32,000 bases of DNA from Psychrobacter sp. HD31 (GTDB taxonomy: Bacteria; Pseudomonadota; Gammaproteobacteria; Pseudomonadales; Moraxellaceae), in the NCBI RefSeq assembly GCF_051097895.1, contig NZ_CP142525.1, positions 2,142,417 to 2,174,416 on the forward strand, read 5' to 3'. Of this stretch, positions 16,347 through 25,191 are shown in pieces. The stretch's first letter is position 1, and every line of letters starts with the position of its first letter. A program made the translations under genes and the position numbers. The notes under the pieces were generated by a model. It worked only from the letters and a program-made list of their open reading frames with translations. It searched no databases and was not told the DNA's origin.

Positions 16347-16403
16347 TAGTTGCTATTAGCGTTATACTTAAATTTTGTTAATAAAATAGATTTAAGGTTT
16401 GGT

Positions 16404-16781
16404 ATGCAACTAAATGGTGTTTGGTGGCTTGTGATTTTGTTGGTGGTGATGATGTTATTGTATATTTTTGCAAAATATCGACAAGGCTCACAAACCGATA
16501 TAAAAAGTACAAACAAAAAGGCAGCATCAAAATCCAATAAGCCATTAACTAAACTGCATCATACTTTAAAAAATAACGATACAGATTTTAATTACTACTT
16601 AAGAGAAAACCATATTTTGGTTAGTCAAACTAAAAATAGTGTTCAACAAAAAGTGGCAATGATTACTTTAGATAAAAACAAGGCATCTGAAATAAGAAAG
16701 CTGGGCGAGGTGAGTGTGCTAAATTTTGATAAGCAACCAAGTGTTGAGCGTGTAAAAGAAATGCTTAACGCATTGGTTTAA
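16404..16781 (+). CDS. Hypothetical small membrane-anchored protein.
   Basis: I prefer the ATG at 16404 (MQLNGVWWLVILLVVMMLLYIFAKY, an N-terminal TM helix) with AAGG 6 nt upstream. The track start at 16350 sits immediately after the terminator T-run. The gene is very AT-rich, and I recognise no family motif. Confidence 0.5.
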   Translation: MQLNGVWWLVILLVVMMLLYIFAKYRQGSQTDIKSTNKKAASKSNKPLTKLHHTLKNNDTDFNYYLRENHILVSQTKNSVQQKVAMITLDKNKASEIRKLGEVSVLNFDKQPSVERVKEMLNALV

Positions 16782-16813
16782 TTATTAATTGATTTGTTGT
16801 TTTATTGATTAAA

Positions 16814-16890
16814 TGGTGTGCTCGGCGAGAATCGAACTCGCGACCTTCGGCTTCGGAGGCCGACACTCTATCCAACTGAGCTACGAGCAC
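16814..16890 (-). tRNA. tRNA-Arg (anticodon CCG).
   Basis: The reverse complement GTGCTCGTAGCTCAGTTGGATAGAGTGTCGGCCTCCGAAGCCGAAGGTCGCGAGTTCGATTCTCGCCGAGCACACCA folds as a cloverleaf. The acceptor stem is 7 bp, the anticodon loop is CT-CCG-AA, the T-loop is TTCGATT, and CCA is encoded. Confidence 0.95.
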
Positions 16891-17029
16891 AAATTTGTGT
16901 AGTGGGTAAATAACTTTTTTGTTGGGTGAGTAGTCTAGCAAAAAAAATTATAAAATCAAATTAATTAAATTGTGTTACCCAAATATTTTGATATGTAATA
17001 TAATACCAAGTTATCATTGAAATTAAAAA

Positions 17030-17047
17030 AATGAATGAACATTCATT
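17030..17047. promoter_or_regulatory. Perfect inverted repeat AATGAATG-AA-CATTCATT, a candidate operator upstream of the RND efflux operon.
   Basis: The 8-bp arms are perfect with a 2-bp spacer. The repeat lies about 68 nt upstream of the adaptor start and about 26 nt downstream of a TATAAT hexamer (16999-17004). No binding protein is identified. Confidence 0.3.
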
Positions 17048-17114
17048 GATTTATTAAGTTGATATGTTTTCTAATAAATCGTGGATGTATAAAAAAATAA
17101 GGTGCGTAACTATC

Positions 17115-18395
17115 ATGACAAAGGTTAAAAGCTTTTTAAACTTAGCAGGTTATGGTTTACTTGCTAGTACTGTGAGTATGGGGTTATTGACAGCATGTAA
17201 CCAACAAAAAGAAGAAACAGTCGCCGCGGCAGAGCCATTAAAAGTGGTGTCATATTTGGTATTGGGACAAACACAGCCTAATAATCAAATGAGTAAGGAT
17301 GACAACGCCAATGCAACTAGTACAAACTTGCAAGCTCAACAGGCTGCGCCAGTCCGTAAGCTTTCTGGTCAAGTTGCCTCAGCAGAAACCACCAATTTAA
17401 GCTTTGAAGCCAGTGGTAAAGTTAAAAGAATGATGGTTAAACTGGGTGACAGGGTAAAAAGAGGGCAAGTTTTAGCAGTACTTGACGACACCAACTATCA
17501 ATTACAGCTGCACCAAGCACAAGCACAACTGCAAAAAGCAATTAGCCAACGTAACCAAGCTAAGGTGAATGTTGCCAGACGTACCGAGCTGGTTAAAATA
17601 GGGGCTGTGTCACAAGCAGAAATTGACTCTGTTAACCTAGCATTCAGCACGGCTCAAGACTCGGTCGAGGTTGCAAAAGCCTCGGTTGCCTTGGCACAAA
17701 AACAAGCGGTAGATACCCAATTAAGGGCGCCGTTTTCAGGTGTGATTACTCAAAAAATTGCTGAGGTGGGGCAAATGGCCTCTCCTAGTGTCCCAATTTA
17801 TACGATGGCAACGGATTCTGCACCAAAGGTTAAATTTACAATTCCAGAAAACCTATTAAATTCTGTATCAGTGGGTCAGCCATTGGCAGTTAACTTCCCG
17901 GCTTTACCCAATATTAAAGGTATGGGCGGTGTGGTAACCGAAGTTTCTAGCCAAGCGGTTGCGGGTGCTTTTCCTGTTACGCTTCAACTTAAAAAGGCAA
18001 CAAGACGAATCAAACCTGGCATGACAGCAGAAGTTGCGTTGCCAGTAACGTTAACACCATTTAACCCTACTGACAGCACTACTCAAAATAGCACAGTAAA
18101 CAAAGACTCTGGTAAACAGCTTGGTACCTCAGTATTTGCGGTGCCACCAAGTGCCGTTGCATCGGGCGATGGTCAAAATCGTTATGTATTGCGGATTAAA
18201 CAGCAAAAACAAAGCGCAAACACTGGGGTTGTAGAGCAAGTTTTTGTTCAAGTGGCAGACCTTGCCGGTGAAAACATGCTGATTAGAGGCAACCTGAATG
18301 CAGGTGACAAAATTGTAAGAGCGGGTACATCCATCCTTGCAGATAAACAAGAAGTCGAGCTTATGGGTACGGGTGCTCGCCGTGTTAACCCATAA
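17115..18395 (+). CDS. Efflux RND transporter periplasmic adaptor subunit (HlyD/MFP family lipoprotein).
   Basis: I prefer the start at 17115 (MTKVKSFLNLAGYGLLASTVSMGLLTAC, with a lipobox LTAC); the track start is 17064. Further evidence is the lipoyl/hairpin region GKVKRMMVKLGDRVKRGQVLAVLDD..YQLQL..AQAQL and the motif LRAPFSGVIT. Confidence 0.9.
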   Translation: MTKVKSFLNLAGYGLLASTVSMGLLTACNQQKEETVAAAEPLKVVSYLVLGQTQPNNQMSKDDNANATSTNLQAQQAAPVRKLSGQVASAETTNLSFEASGKVKRMMVKLGDRVKRGQVLAVLDDTNYQLQLHQAQAQLQKAISQRNQAKVNVARRTELVKIGAVSQAEIDSVNLAFSTAQDSVEVAKASVALAQKQAVDTQLRAPFSGVITQKIAEVGQMASPSVPIYTMATDSAPKVKFTIPENLLNSVSVGQPLAVNFPALPNIKGMGGVVTEVSSQAVAGAFPVTLQLKKATRRIKPGMTAEVALPVTLTPFNPTDSTTQNSTVNKDSGKQLGTSVFAVPPSAVASGDGQNRYVLRIKQQKQSANTGVVEQVFVQVADLAGENMLIRGNLNAGDKIVRAGTSILADKQEVELMGTGARRVNP

Positions 18396-18419
18396 TAGCG
18401 TAACCTAAGGAGTCGCATA

Positions 18420-21400
18420 ATGAACTTATCTCTTATTGGTTTTCGCTATGTCCGTGTGGTGATATCCATGTTGATTGTGATGATGGTAGCGGGTGTTTAT
18501 AGTTATTTTACTATGCCAGCAAACGAGGACCCAAGCATCACCATTCGCCAAGCATTGATTGTTACCAGAAATGAAGGGTTACCTGCGGATAAAGTTGAAA
18601 CATTAGTCACCAAACCATTAGAACTTGCTGTGCGCAAACGTCCAGAAGTTAAAAAAATTAAATCCACTTCTATGTCGGGTCAATCGATTCTTATTGTCGA
18701 AATATACGATAAATATTTTGAATTAGATCAAATTTGGGATGATGTGCGTGATGAAGTAGAGCAAGTTAGCTTGCCAAGTGGCACAACCAAACCAAACCTG
18801 AATGATAGTTTTGGTGATGTTTCGGTCGTAACAGCGGCACTGGTAGCCGAAGATGGGCTAACCAATAGTGAAAAAACCGCATTAGCGCAAGATATACGCG
18901 ACCAATTATATGGCGTGACCAACACGCAAAAAGTTAGCATTTTAGGTATCCAACCAGAAAAAATCTATATTGAAGTAGAAAACGCTAAAATAGCCGAGTT
19001 AGGCTACTCACCTAATGTGTTAGCAGGTTTAATTGCGCAGCAAAACACCATAAAATCAGGTGGTGAAATAGACATTAATGGCTCTACCTTGGTATTGCAA
19101 CCAACGGGTCAATTTCAATCTGTGGAGGATATTCGCAACCTTTTATTACCCTTACCAAATGGTCAGGGTATGGTGACATTGGATGACATTGCAGATGTTC
19201 GTCGTGATGTTTTTGACCCTGCTATCCAGCCGGTATTTTTTAATGGCAAATCGGCAATTATGTTTGCGATTAACATGGACCCTAAGGCAAATATTTTAGA
19301 ATATACGCCTAGAGTTGAAGATAAAATAAACCAAATTAACCAAGGTTTGCCAGCTGGCGCCAAAATTGAGATAGCAACCAAACAAGCCGTACAAGTAGAA
19401 AAATCACTGTATGGTGTAACTTTAAATGTGCTGCAAACCCTTGTCATTGTGTTGGTAGTTGTGATGCTGTTTTTAGGCATGCGTACGGGCTTGATTGTGG
19501 GGTCGGTCGTACCAGCGGTTATGCTGGTATCTATTACAATTATTAATGTGCTGGGGATGTCGCTTGAGCGTATGAGTCTTGCAACCCTCATTATTGCGTT
19601 AGGGTTGTTGGTAGAAAATGGTATTGTGATTGCAGAAGATTTCCGACAACGGTTAGAGCGAGGAGAAAGCCGTGACGATGCCTTAAAAGAGGGTGGTAAA
19701 TCTTTGGCAATGCCACTGTTGACATCATCAGCAACGACGATTTTGGTATTTTTACCATTGTTAATGGCAAATCATGTGGCAGGCGAATATACCCGTTCTA
19801 TTTCTATTGTGATTGCCGTGGTGCTGTTAACCTCTTGGGTATTAGCCATGTTGGTTACGCCAACCATGTGTTATTACTTTATGAAGGTTAAACCAAAAGA
19901 CCCGAATGAAGCTTTAAACAAAAGTAATGATAAGAAAAAAGGTTTCTCATTTTTTGAACCGTTTCAATGGTTTTATGATAAAACCTTGCGAGTCATGCTG
20001 CGCATACGACCAATTTATTTATTGGGCGTGGTTTTGGTGTTTGCCTTATCAATCATGCAATTTAAAACGGTTCCTAAAAAGTTTTTTCCTGATTCAGACC
20101 GAACACAAGTACTGGTTTATTTAACCCAACCTGCTGAAACCTCGATGCGAGAAACAGAAAAAATGCTTAAACAATCGTTTGAGGGTTTTTCAAATAAAGA
20201 GCAGTTCCCACATGTAGAAAGTTATGCCGGTTATGGTGGCTTTGGTGGTCCTCGTTTTGTGTTGTCATTAACGCCAGTTAACCCAGCAGATAACAAAGCA
20301 TTTGTGGTGCTAAATGTTGATGATCCAGCGCATATGGATGAAACCATTGAAAAAACAAGAGATATGTTTAGAACCAAGTTTCCGAATGTGGAAGCAAAGG
20401 TCATGCGTATGTTCTTAGGGCCAAGTGACTCGAACGTAATGCAGGTACGTGTTTATGGACCTGATGATAAAGTATTGTATGAAACTGCCAAAAAAGTTGA
20501 GGCAATTTTACAAAGTAAACCAAATGTGATGGAAGTCAATAATGACTGGCAAAATCGTGTTACTGAGCTACAAGTTAATGTAGACCAGCAACGTGCAAAA
20601 CAGCTTGGTATTTCATCAAGTGACATCGCCCAGTCATTACAAATGTATTATTCTGGTACAGCGGTGTCTTTGTATCGAGATGGTGATGAAAAACTTCCGA
20701 TTGTGTTGCAGGGCAAACAAAGTGAACGAGATGACATGTCACGCCTTTATAGTACTCAAGTTTATTCTTCGACAACAAAGTCTGCCGTGCCACTTTCACA
20801 AATTGCACAGGTGATTCCTGTTAATACTTACTCATACATCATGAGAGAAAATCTATCACGCAGTATTATTATTGAAGGGCGTAATAGCAAAAAATCTGCC
20901 GAAGAATTTAAAGCAGACATTGATGATGAGATACAAGCATTAGCGGCAACCTTGCCTGCAAATCATTTCATTGAATATGATGGACCGATTAAGCAGTCTC
21001 TGGCTGCACAAGCTGCGTTGTCAGCAAACTTTCCACTGTGTATGGGCATTATTATCATTTTATTAATTGCTCAGTTTAACTCGTTCCGCCGTGCGCTTAT
21101 GGTGTTGTTTGCTATTCCATTGATGATGGTAGGGGCAACATTGGGGCTTAAAATATTACAGGCAGATTTTGGCTTTATGGTAACGCTTGGTTTGTATTCA
21201 TTGGCAGGGATTATTGTCAACAATGCCATTGTATTAATTGACCGAATAGATATGGAGCGACAGCAAGCCAAAGAAAAATTGGGTGCAATGGTCGATGATT
21301 TTGAAATTGTGATTGCTGCGTCAGTGAAGCGTTTACGACCAATTATGATGACAACCATTACAACCATGCTTGGTTTGTTGCCACTGCTCATTAGTCGTGA

Positions 21401-21575
21401 TCCGCTGTTTTATGGTATGGCAGGTGTGATAGCCTTTGGTTTGGGCGTGGGTGCGTTTTTAACGCTAACATTTACGCCCGTTGTTTATTCTCTATTTTTT
21501 AATATTAAGCCTAAAAAAGAGGATGATAACAACCGTTATCCAAAAACAAATAATAAAGCAGCGGCTAACGCTTAA
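18420..21575 (+). CDS. Efflux RND transporter permease subunit (AcrB/AcrD/AcrF superfamily).
   Basis: The protein is 1051 aa with twelve predicted TM helices in a 1+large loop+5 pattern, twice over. It begins 24 nt after the adaptor stop, and an AAGGAG Shine-Dalgarno sequence lies at about 18407. Confidence 0.92.
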   Translation: MNLSLIGFRYVRVVISMLIVMMVAGVYSYFTMPANEDPSITIRQALIVTRNEGLPADKVETLVTKPLELAVRKRPEVKKIKSTSMSGQSILIVEIYDKYFELDQIWDDVRDEVEQVSLPSGTTKPNLNDSFGDVSVVTAALVAEDGLTNSEKTALAQDIRDQLYGVTNTQKVSILGIQPEKIYIEVENAKIAELGYSPNVLAGLIAQQNTIKSGGEIDINGSTLVLQPTGQFQSVEDIRNLLLPLPNGQGMVTLDDIADVRRDVFDPAIQPVFFNGKSAIMFAINMDPKANILEYTPRVEDKINQINQGLPAGAKIEIATKQAVQVEKSLYGVTLNVLQTLVIVLVVVMLFLGMRTGLIVGSVVPAVMLVSITIINVLGMSLERMSLATLIIALGLLVENGIVIAEDFRQRLERGESRDDALKEGGKSLAMPLLTSSATTILVFLPLLMANHVAGEYTRSISIVIAVVLLTSWVLAMLVTPTMCYYFMKVKPKDPNEALNKSNDKKKGFSFFEPFQWFYDKTLRVMLRIRPIYLLGVVLVFALSIMQFKTVPKKFFPDSDRTQVLVYLTQPAETSMRETEKMLKQSFEGFSNKEQFPHVESYAGYGGFGGPRFVLSLTPVNPADNKAFVVLNVDDPAHMDETIEKTRDMFRTKFPNVEAKVMRMFLGPSDSNVMQVRVYGPDDKVLYETAKKVEAILQSKPNVMEVNNDWQNRVTELQVNVDQQRAKQLGISSSDIAQSLQMYYSGTAVSLYRDGDEKLPIVLQGKQSERDDMSRLYSTQVYSSTTKSAVPLSQIAQVIPVNTYSYIMRENLSRSIIIEGRNSKKSAEEFKADIDDEIQALAATLPANHFIEYDGPIKQSLAAQAALSANFPLCMGIIIILLIAQFNSFRRALMVLFAIPLMMVGATLGLKILQADFGFMVTLGLYSLAGIIVNNAIVLIDRIDMERQQAKEKLGAMVDDFEIVIAASVKRLRPIMMTTITTMLGLLPLLISRDPLFYGMAGVIAFGLGVGAFLTLTFTPVVYSLFFNIKPKKEDDNNRYPKTNNKAAANA

Positions 21576-21602
21576 TCGACTGTATCTATTGGTTTTTTAA
21601 CA

Positions 21603-21638
21603 AAACGCTTACCCTTTGTGGTAGGCGTTTTATGTTTT
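21603..21638 (+). terminator. Rho-independent terminator of the RND operon.
   Basis: AACGCTTACC (21604-21613) pairs with GGTAGGCGTT (21620-21629), including one G-U pair. A TTTTATGTTTT run follows. Confidence 0.75.
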
Positions 21639-21838
21639 CATAAATTTTATAAAACAATAGGCTTTAAAAAACTTAATAGGCAGCATTGCTTTGGTTAGCT
21701 ATTATTGCAACTACAGTGTGCGACACCATTTTTAAAGCATCTACTATCTTTGATAAACTGGTTGAAGCAAGTAGGATGCAAAAACAAATAGATGCGAATT
21801 TAAACTTTAATAAAAGAATTATATGATTAGGGCAAAAA

Positions 21839-22798
21839 ATGACTCAAAATAATCAAGCCAACATTCCCGCCTTGCGAGTAAAAAACTTATCAAAAACATA
21901 TGATAATGGTTTTAAGGCGCTAAATAATGTTGATTTAACCGTACCCCAAGGTGGTTTTTTTGCACTACTTGGACCAAACGGAGCGGGTAAATCAACCATC
22001 ATTGGTATTATCAGTTCTCTTTTTAGACCTTCTGCCGGTACGGTTGAAATTTTTGGTATAGATTTAGCCAAAAATCCAGCCAAAGCCAAGGAGCAACTTG
22101 GGGTTGTGCCGCAAGAATTTAACTTTATGCAGTTTGAAAAAGTAATTGATATCTTAATTGTGCAGGCAGGCTACTTTGGTATACCTGCCAATATAGCAAA
22201 ACCAAGGGCAGAAAAACTGCTTAAGGCTCTTGGATTATGGGATAAAAAAAACAACAAAGCCCGTGCTTTATCTGGTGGGATGAAACGCCGGTTAATGATT
22301 GCCCGTGCTTTGATGCATCGCCCAAAATTGCTTATTTTAGATGAGCCAACTGCCGGTGTTGATATAGAGCTGCGCCGATCGATGTGGGAGTTTATGGAGC
22401 AAATTAATCGAGATGAAGGCACAACCATTATCTTGACCACACATTACCTAGAAGAAGCAGAACAGCTGTGTAGAAACATTGCCATTCTTGACCATGGTGA
22501 AGTAAAAATTAACACAGAAATGAAGCATCTGCTGGCAAGCCTTGATGTACAGACGTTTGTTTTTGATTTAATTGCGCCAGCCGATAAAGCTATAAAAATT
22601 GCCAATGCCATTAGTATAAACCAGCCAGACACATTGACCCTAGAGGTGACCGTTAAAAAAGGGGATAGCTTAAATGATATTTTTGCCATATTGAGTCAGC
22701 AAAATATACAGGTTGCGAGTATGCGCAACAAGGCCAATAGATTAGAAGAGCTGTTTATGCAGTTGGTTGATAAAAGCCTAGATGGCGATTTAAGCTAG
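21839..22798 (+). CDS. ABC transporter ATP-binding protein (ABC-2 type, YadG-like).
   Basis: The protein has Walker A GPNGAGKST, signature LSGGMKRR, Walker B LLILDEPTAGVD and an H-loop TTHYLEEA. Confidence 0.92.
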   Translation: MTQNNQANIPALRVKNLSKTYDNGFKALNNVDLTVPQGGFFALLGPNGAGKSTIIGIISSLFRPSAGTVEIFGIDLAKNPAKAKEQLGVVPQEFNFMQFEKVIDILIVQAGYFGIPANIAKPRAEKLLKALGLWDKKNNKARALSGGMKRRLMIARALMHRPKLLILDEPTAGVDIELRRSMWEFMEQINRDEGTTIILTTHYLEEAEQLCRNIAILDHGEVKINTEMKHLLASLDVQTFVFDLIAPADKAIKIANAISINQPDTLTLEVTVKKGDSLNDIFAILSQQNIQVASMRNKANRLEELFMQLVDKSLDGDLS

Positions 22799-22899
22799 GA
22801 TGATTGGACAGGTTAATAAGTAACAAGCAACTAAATTTAACAGTTAGCCTTGCAATATTATTGAAGTGATGCAGCAATTAAATAACGAGTAAAAATAAT

Positions 22900-23673
22900 A
22901 TGAATTTTCAACAACAATGGATAGCGTTTACTACCTTAGTTATCAAAGAGGTTAAACGTATTTTGCGTATTTGGCCACAAACTCTGCTACCACCTGCCAT
23001 TACCATGAGCCTGTATTTTATTATTTTTGGTAAAATGATTGGGTCACGAGTGGGCGAGATGGGCGGTGTGCCTTATATGCAATTTATTGTACCTGGTTTG
23101 ATTATGATGTCGGTTATCACCAATAGTTATTCTAATGTTGTATCAAGCTTTTTTGGCACAAAATTTCATGGCAATATTGAAGAAATGTTGGTTTCTCCGG
23201 TATCTAAACACACGATTTTATTTGGTTTTATCGCCGGTGGTTTGTTTCGAGGATTAACGATTGGTGCGATTGTCACAACGCTTGCTTTGTTTTTCACTAA
23301 ATTGACGATTACGCATGTGTTTGTGACCATATTCACCGTGGTAGTGACAGCCATGCTGTTTTCACTTGCGGGCATGATTAATGCCATTTTTGCCAGATCT
23401 TTTGATGATATTAGTATTATTCCCAGTTTTGTTTTAACACCTTTAACTTATTTGGGTGGGGTGTTTTACTCGTTAGACAGCTTATCGCCATTTTGGCAAA
23501 AACTGTCTATGATTAACCCAATTGTGTACATGGTAAATTCGTTTCGATATGGTATTTTAGGGCACTCGGATGTTAATGTTTGGTATTCGATGATTGCAAT
23601 TGCTGTTTTTTGCGCTATTTTTTATGGCATTGCGTATCGTTTGTTAACCGATGGCTCGAGAATTCGACTGTAA
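22900..23673 (+). CDS. ABC-2 family transporter permease (YadH-like).
   Basis: The protein is a 257-aa six-TM protein encoded directly after the ABC-2 ATPase. Its N-terminus IKEVKRILRIWPQTLLPP is typical of ABC-2 permeases. Confidence 0.88.
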   Translation: MNFQQQWIAFTTLVIKEVKRILRIWPQTLLPPAITMSLYFIIFGKMIGSRVGEMGGVPYMQFIVPGLIMMSVITNSYSNVVSSFFGTKFHGNIEEMLVSPVSKHTILFGFIAGGLFRGLTIGAIVTTLALFFTKLTITHVFVTIFTVVVTAMLFSLAGMINAIFARSFDDISIIPSFVLTPLTYLGGVFYSLDSLSPFWQKLSMINPIVYMVNSFRYGILGHSDVNVWYSMIAIAVFCAIFYGIAYRLLTDGSRIRL

Positions 23674-23700
23674 TAATAAGTAAAAAATAAGGATAAAAAT

Positions 23701-24588
23701 ATGAATAACCAAATTTCTTCTCAAAGTGCTGATCATAGCATTTCACATGGTGTATTGGGTGAAACCACCAGCTACCCAAAAACTTATAGCCCTGCTGTCT
23801 TGTTTCCTATTTCTCGCTCATTAGGGCGAGATGAAATTGAAAAAAAAGCAGCCATCAGCGCTGATGTGGTATCACTGGGGATGGACTGGTGGCATTGTTT
23901 TGAGCTATCTTGGCTAAATCCACAAGGTATCTCACAAGTGGCAATGGCTCGCTTGGCAATCCCTGCTGACTCAGAGTTTATTATTGAATCAAAGTCGTTA
24001 AAACTCTATCTTAATAGCTTAAATCTTAGTAAGTTTGACTCTCTTGAGGTTGTTAAAAATACGATTGAATCTGATTTATCAACCGCTTTAAAAACGCAAG
24101 TTTTGGTAGATATTTTTTCACTCAATGATATTTCTGCATTAAATATTATTCAGCCTTTGGGTAAAAATATTGATCAAGCACTGGATAATACAACCCATCA
24201 AATAGGCATTGTAGATGATGTGACAGCCGATATGCTTAAAGTTGAAGATGGGGCAGCAGATATTTTAAGCCAAAGTTACCAATCACATCTTTTACGTTCA
24301 AACTGCCCTGTAACCGACCAACCAGATTGGGGCACTGTGCAAATTGATATAACCAGCCGCAAAGTAGATGAAGCGAGTTTGCTAGAGTATCTTTTAACCT
24401 ATCGTCAACATAATGGTTTTCATGAACAATGTGTTGAACAAATTTTTGCCGATTTAACCAAGGTTTTTGAACCTTCTCATTTAATGGTTCGTGCTTGGTA
24501 TACTCGCCGTGGGGGCATAGATATTAACCCATGCCGGGTGAGTCAAACCAGCTTAATGCCACAGCCTAGTCGATTGGTTAGGCAATAA
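23701..24588 (+). CDS. queF: NADPH-dependent 7-cyano-7-deazaguanine (preQ0) reductase, type II QueF.
   Basis: The protein is 295 aa. It carries the QueF motif ESKSLKLYLNS, the catalytic Cys context LLRSNCPVTDQPDWGTV, and FHEQCVEQIF. An AAGGA Shine-Dalgarno sequence lies upstream. Confidence 0.9.
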   Translation: MNNQISSQSADHSISHGVLGETTSYPKTYSPAVLFPISRSLGRDEIEKKAAISADVVSLGMDWWHCFELSWLNPQGISQVAMARLAIPADSEFIIESKSLKLYLNSLNLSKFDSLEVVKNTIESDLSTALKTQVLVDIFSLNDISALNIIQPLGKNIDQALDNTTHQIGIVDDVTADMLKVEDGAADILSQSYQSHLLRSNCPVTDQPDWGTVQIDITSRKVDEASLLEYLLTYRQHNGFHEQCVEQIFADLTKVFEPSHLMVRAWYTRRGGIDINPCRVSQTSLMPQPSRLVRQ

Positions 24589-24656
24589 TAAGTAGTTTGC
24601 CATAAACGAGCTTGCAAAGAATCTGCAAGAAAATAAACTAAGCAAAGATAATAAAA

Positions 24657-25166
24657 ATGAATCAACAAACCCATAACAAAATTAGCATTAATATTGCACA
24701 ACAGCGTCTTGAACTTTTTGTGGCTGGCAAACTTAAAAAGGCGTATAGTATTTCTACTGCCAAAAATGGGATTGGTTCTCAAGAAGGCAGTGGTTGCACC
24801 CCGTTAGGTTTGCATGTGATTGCCAACAAAATTGGGGGAGACCAACCAATTAACTCAGTATTTGTTGGGCGGATACCCACAGGTGAAATTTACTCAGAAG
24901 AGTTGGGCAATCAAGCGCCAGAACGTGATTGGATTTTATCACGTATCTTATGGCTAACTGGCTTAGAAGAAGGCTGTAACAAAGGCACGAATGAGCATGG
25001 CATTTGTGATACATATCAGCGATATATTTATATCCATGGAACACCGGATACAGAACCTATGGGAGAGCCACGTTCTCATGGCTGTGTGCGTATGCGTAAT
25101 GCTGATATAGCAGAGCTTTATGAGTTGGTAGAAGAAGGCGACGCGGTTATTTTTTTAGAAAAATAA
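24657..25166 (+). CDS. YkuD-fold L,D-transpeptidase family protein without a signal peptide (ElsL/LdtK-like cytoplasmic L,D-carboxypeptidase candidate).
   Basis: The active-site motif is HGTPDTEPMGEPRSHGCVRMRNADI. The protein is 169 aa, and its N-terminus MNQQTHNKISINIAQQ has no hydrophobic leader. Confidence 0.85.
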   Translation: MNQQTHNKISINIAQQRLELFVAGKLKKAYSISTAKNGIGSQEGSGCTPLGLHVIANKIGGDQPINSVFVGRIPTGEIYSEELGNQAPERDWILSRILWLTGLEEGCNKGTNEHGICDTYQRYIYIHGTPDTEPMGEPRSHGCVRMRNADIAELYELVEEGDAVIFLEK

Positions 25167-25191
25167 AAAAACAATGAAAGAGAGAAACACA

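Noticed and set aside
16325-16537. A 70-aa minus-strand ORF, and the extended 16350 start of the plus-strand ORF.
   Set aside because: The minus-strand ORF overlaps the terminator hairpin and AT-rich DNA and has no Shine-Dalgarno sequence. The 16350 start begins inside the terminator T-run, whereas 16404 has a Shine-Dalgarno sequence and yields a clean N-terminal TM helix.
21776-21826. A 16-codon mini-ORF (MQKQIDANLNFNKRII*) just upstream of the ABC ATPase gene, considered as a possible leader peptide.
   Set aside because: It has no convincing Shine-Dalgarno spacing and no associated attenuator hairpin. ORFs this short are expected by chance.
23674-23700. A preQ1 riboswitch upstream of queF.
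   Set aside because: Only 27 nt separate the permease stop from the queF start, which is too short. No preQ1-I-like stem-loop with an A-rich tail is present.
24543-24782. A 79-aa minus-strand ORF spanning the queF/YkuD intergenic region.
   Set aside because: It overlaps the ends of two well-supported plus-strand genes, has no motif and has no Shine-Dalgarno sequence.
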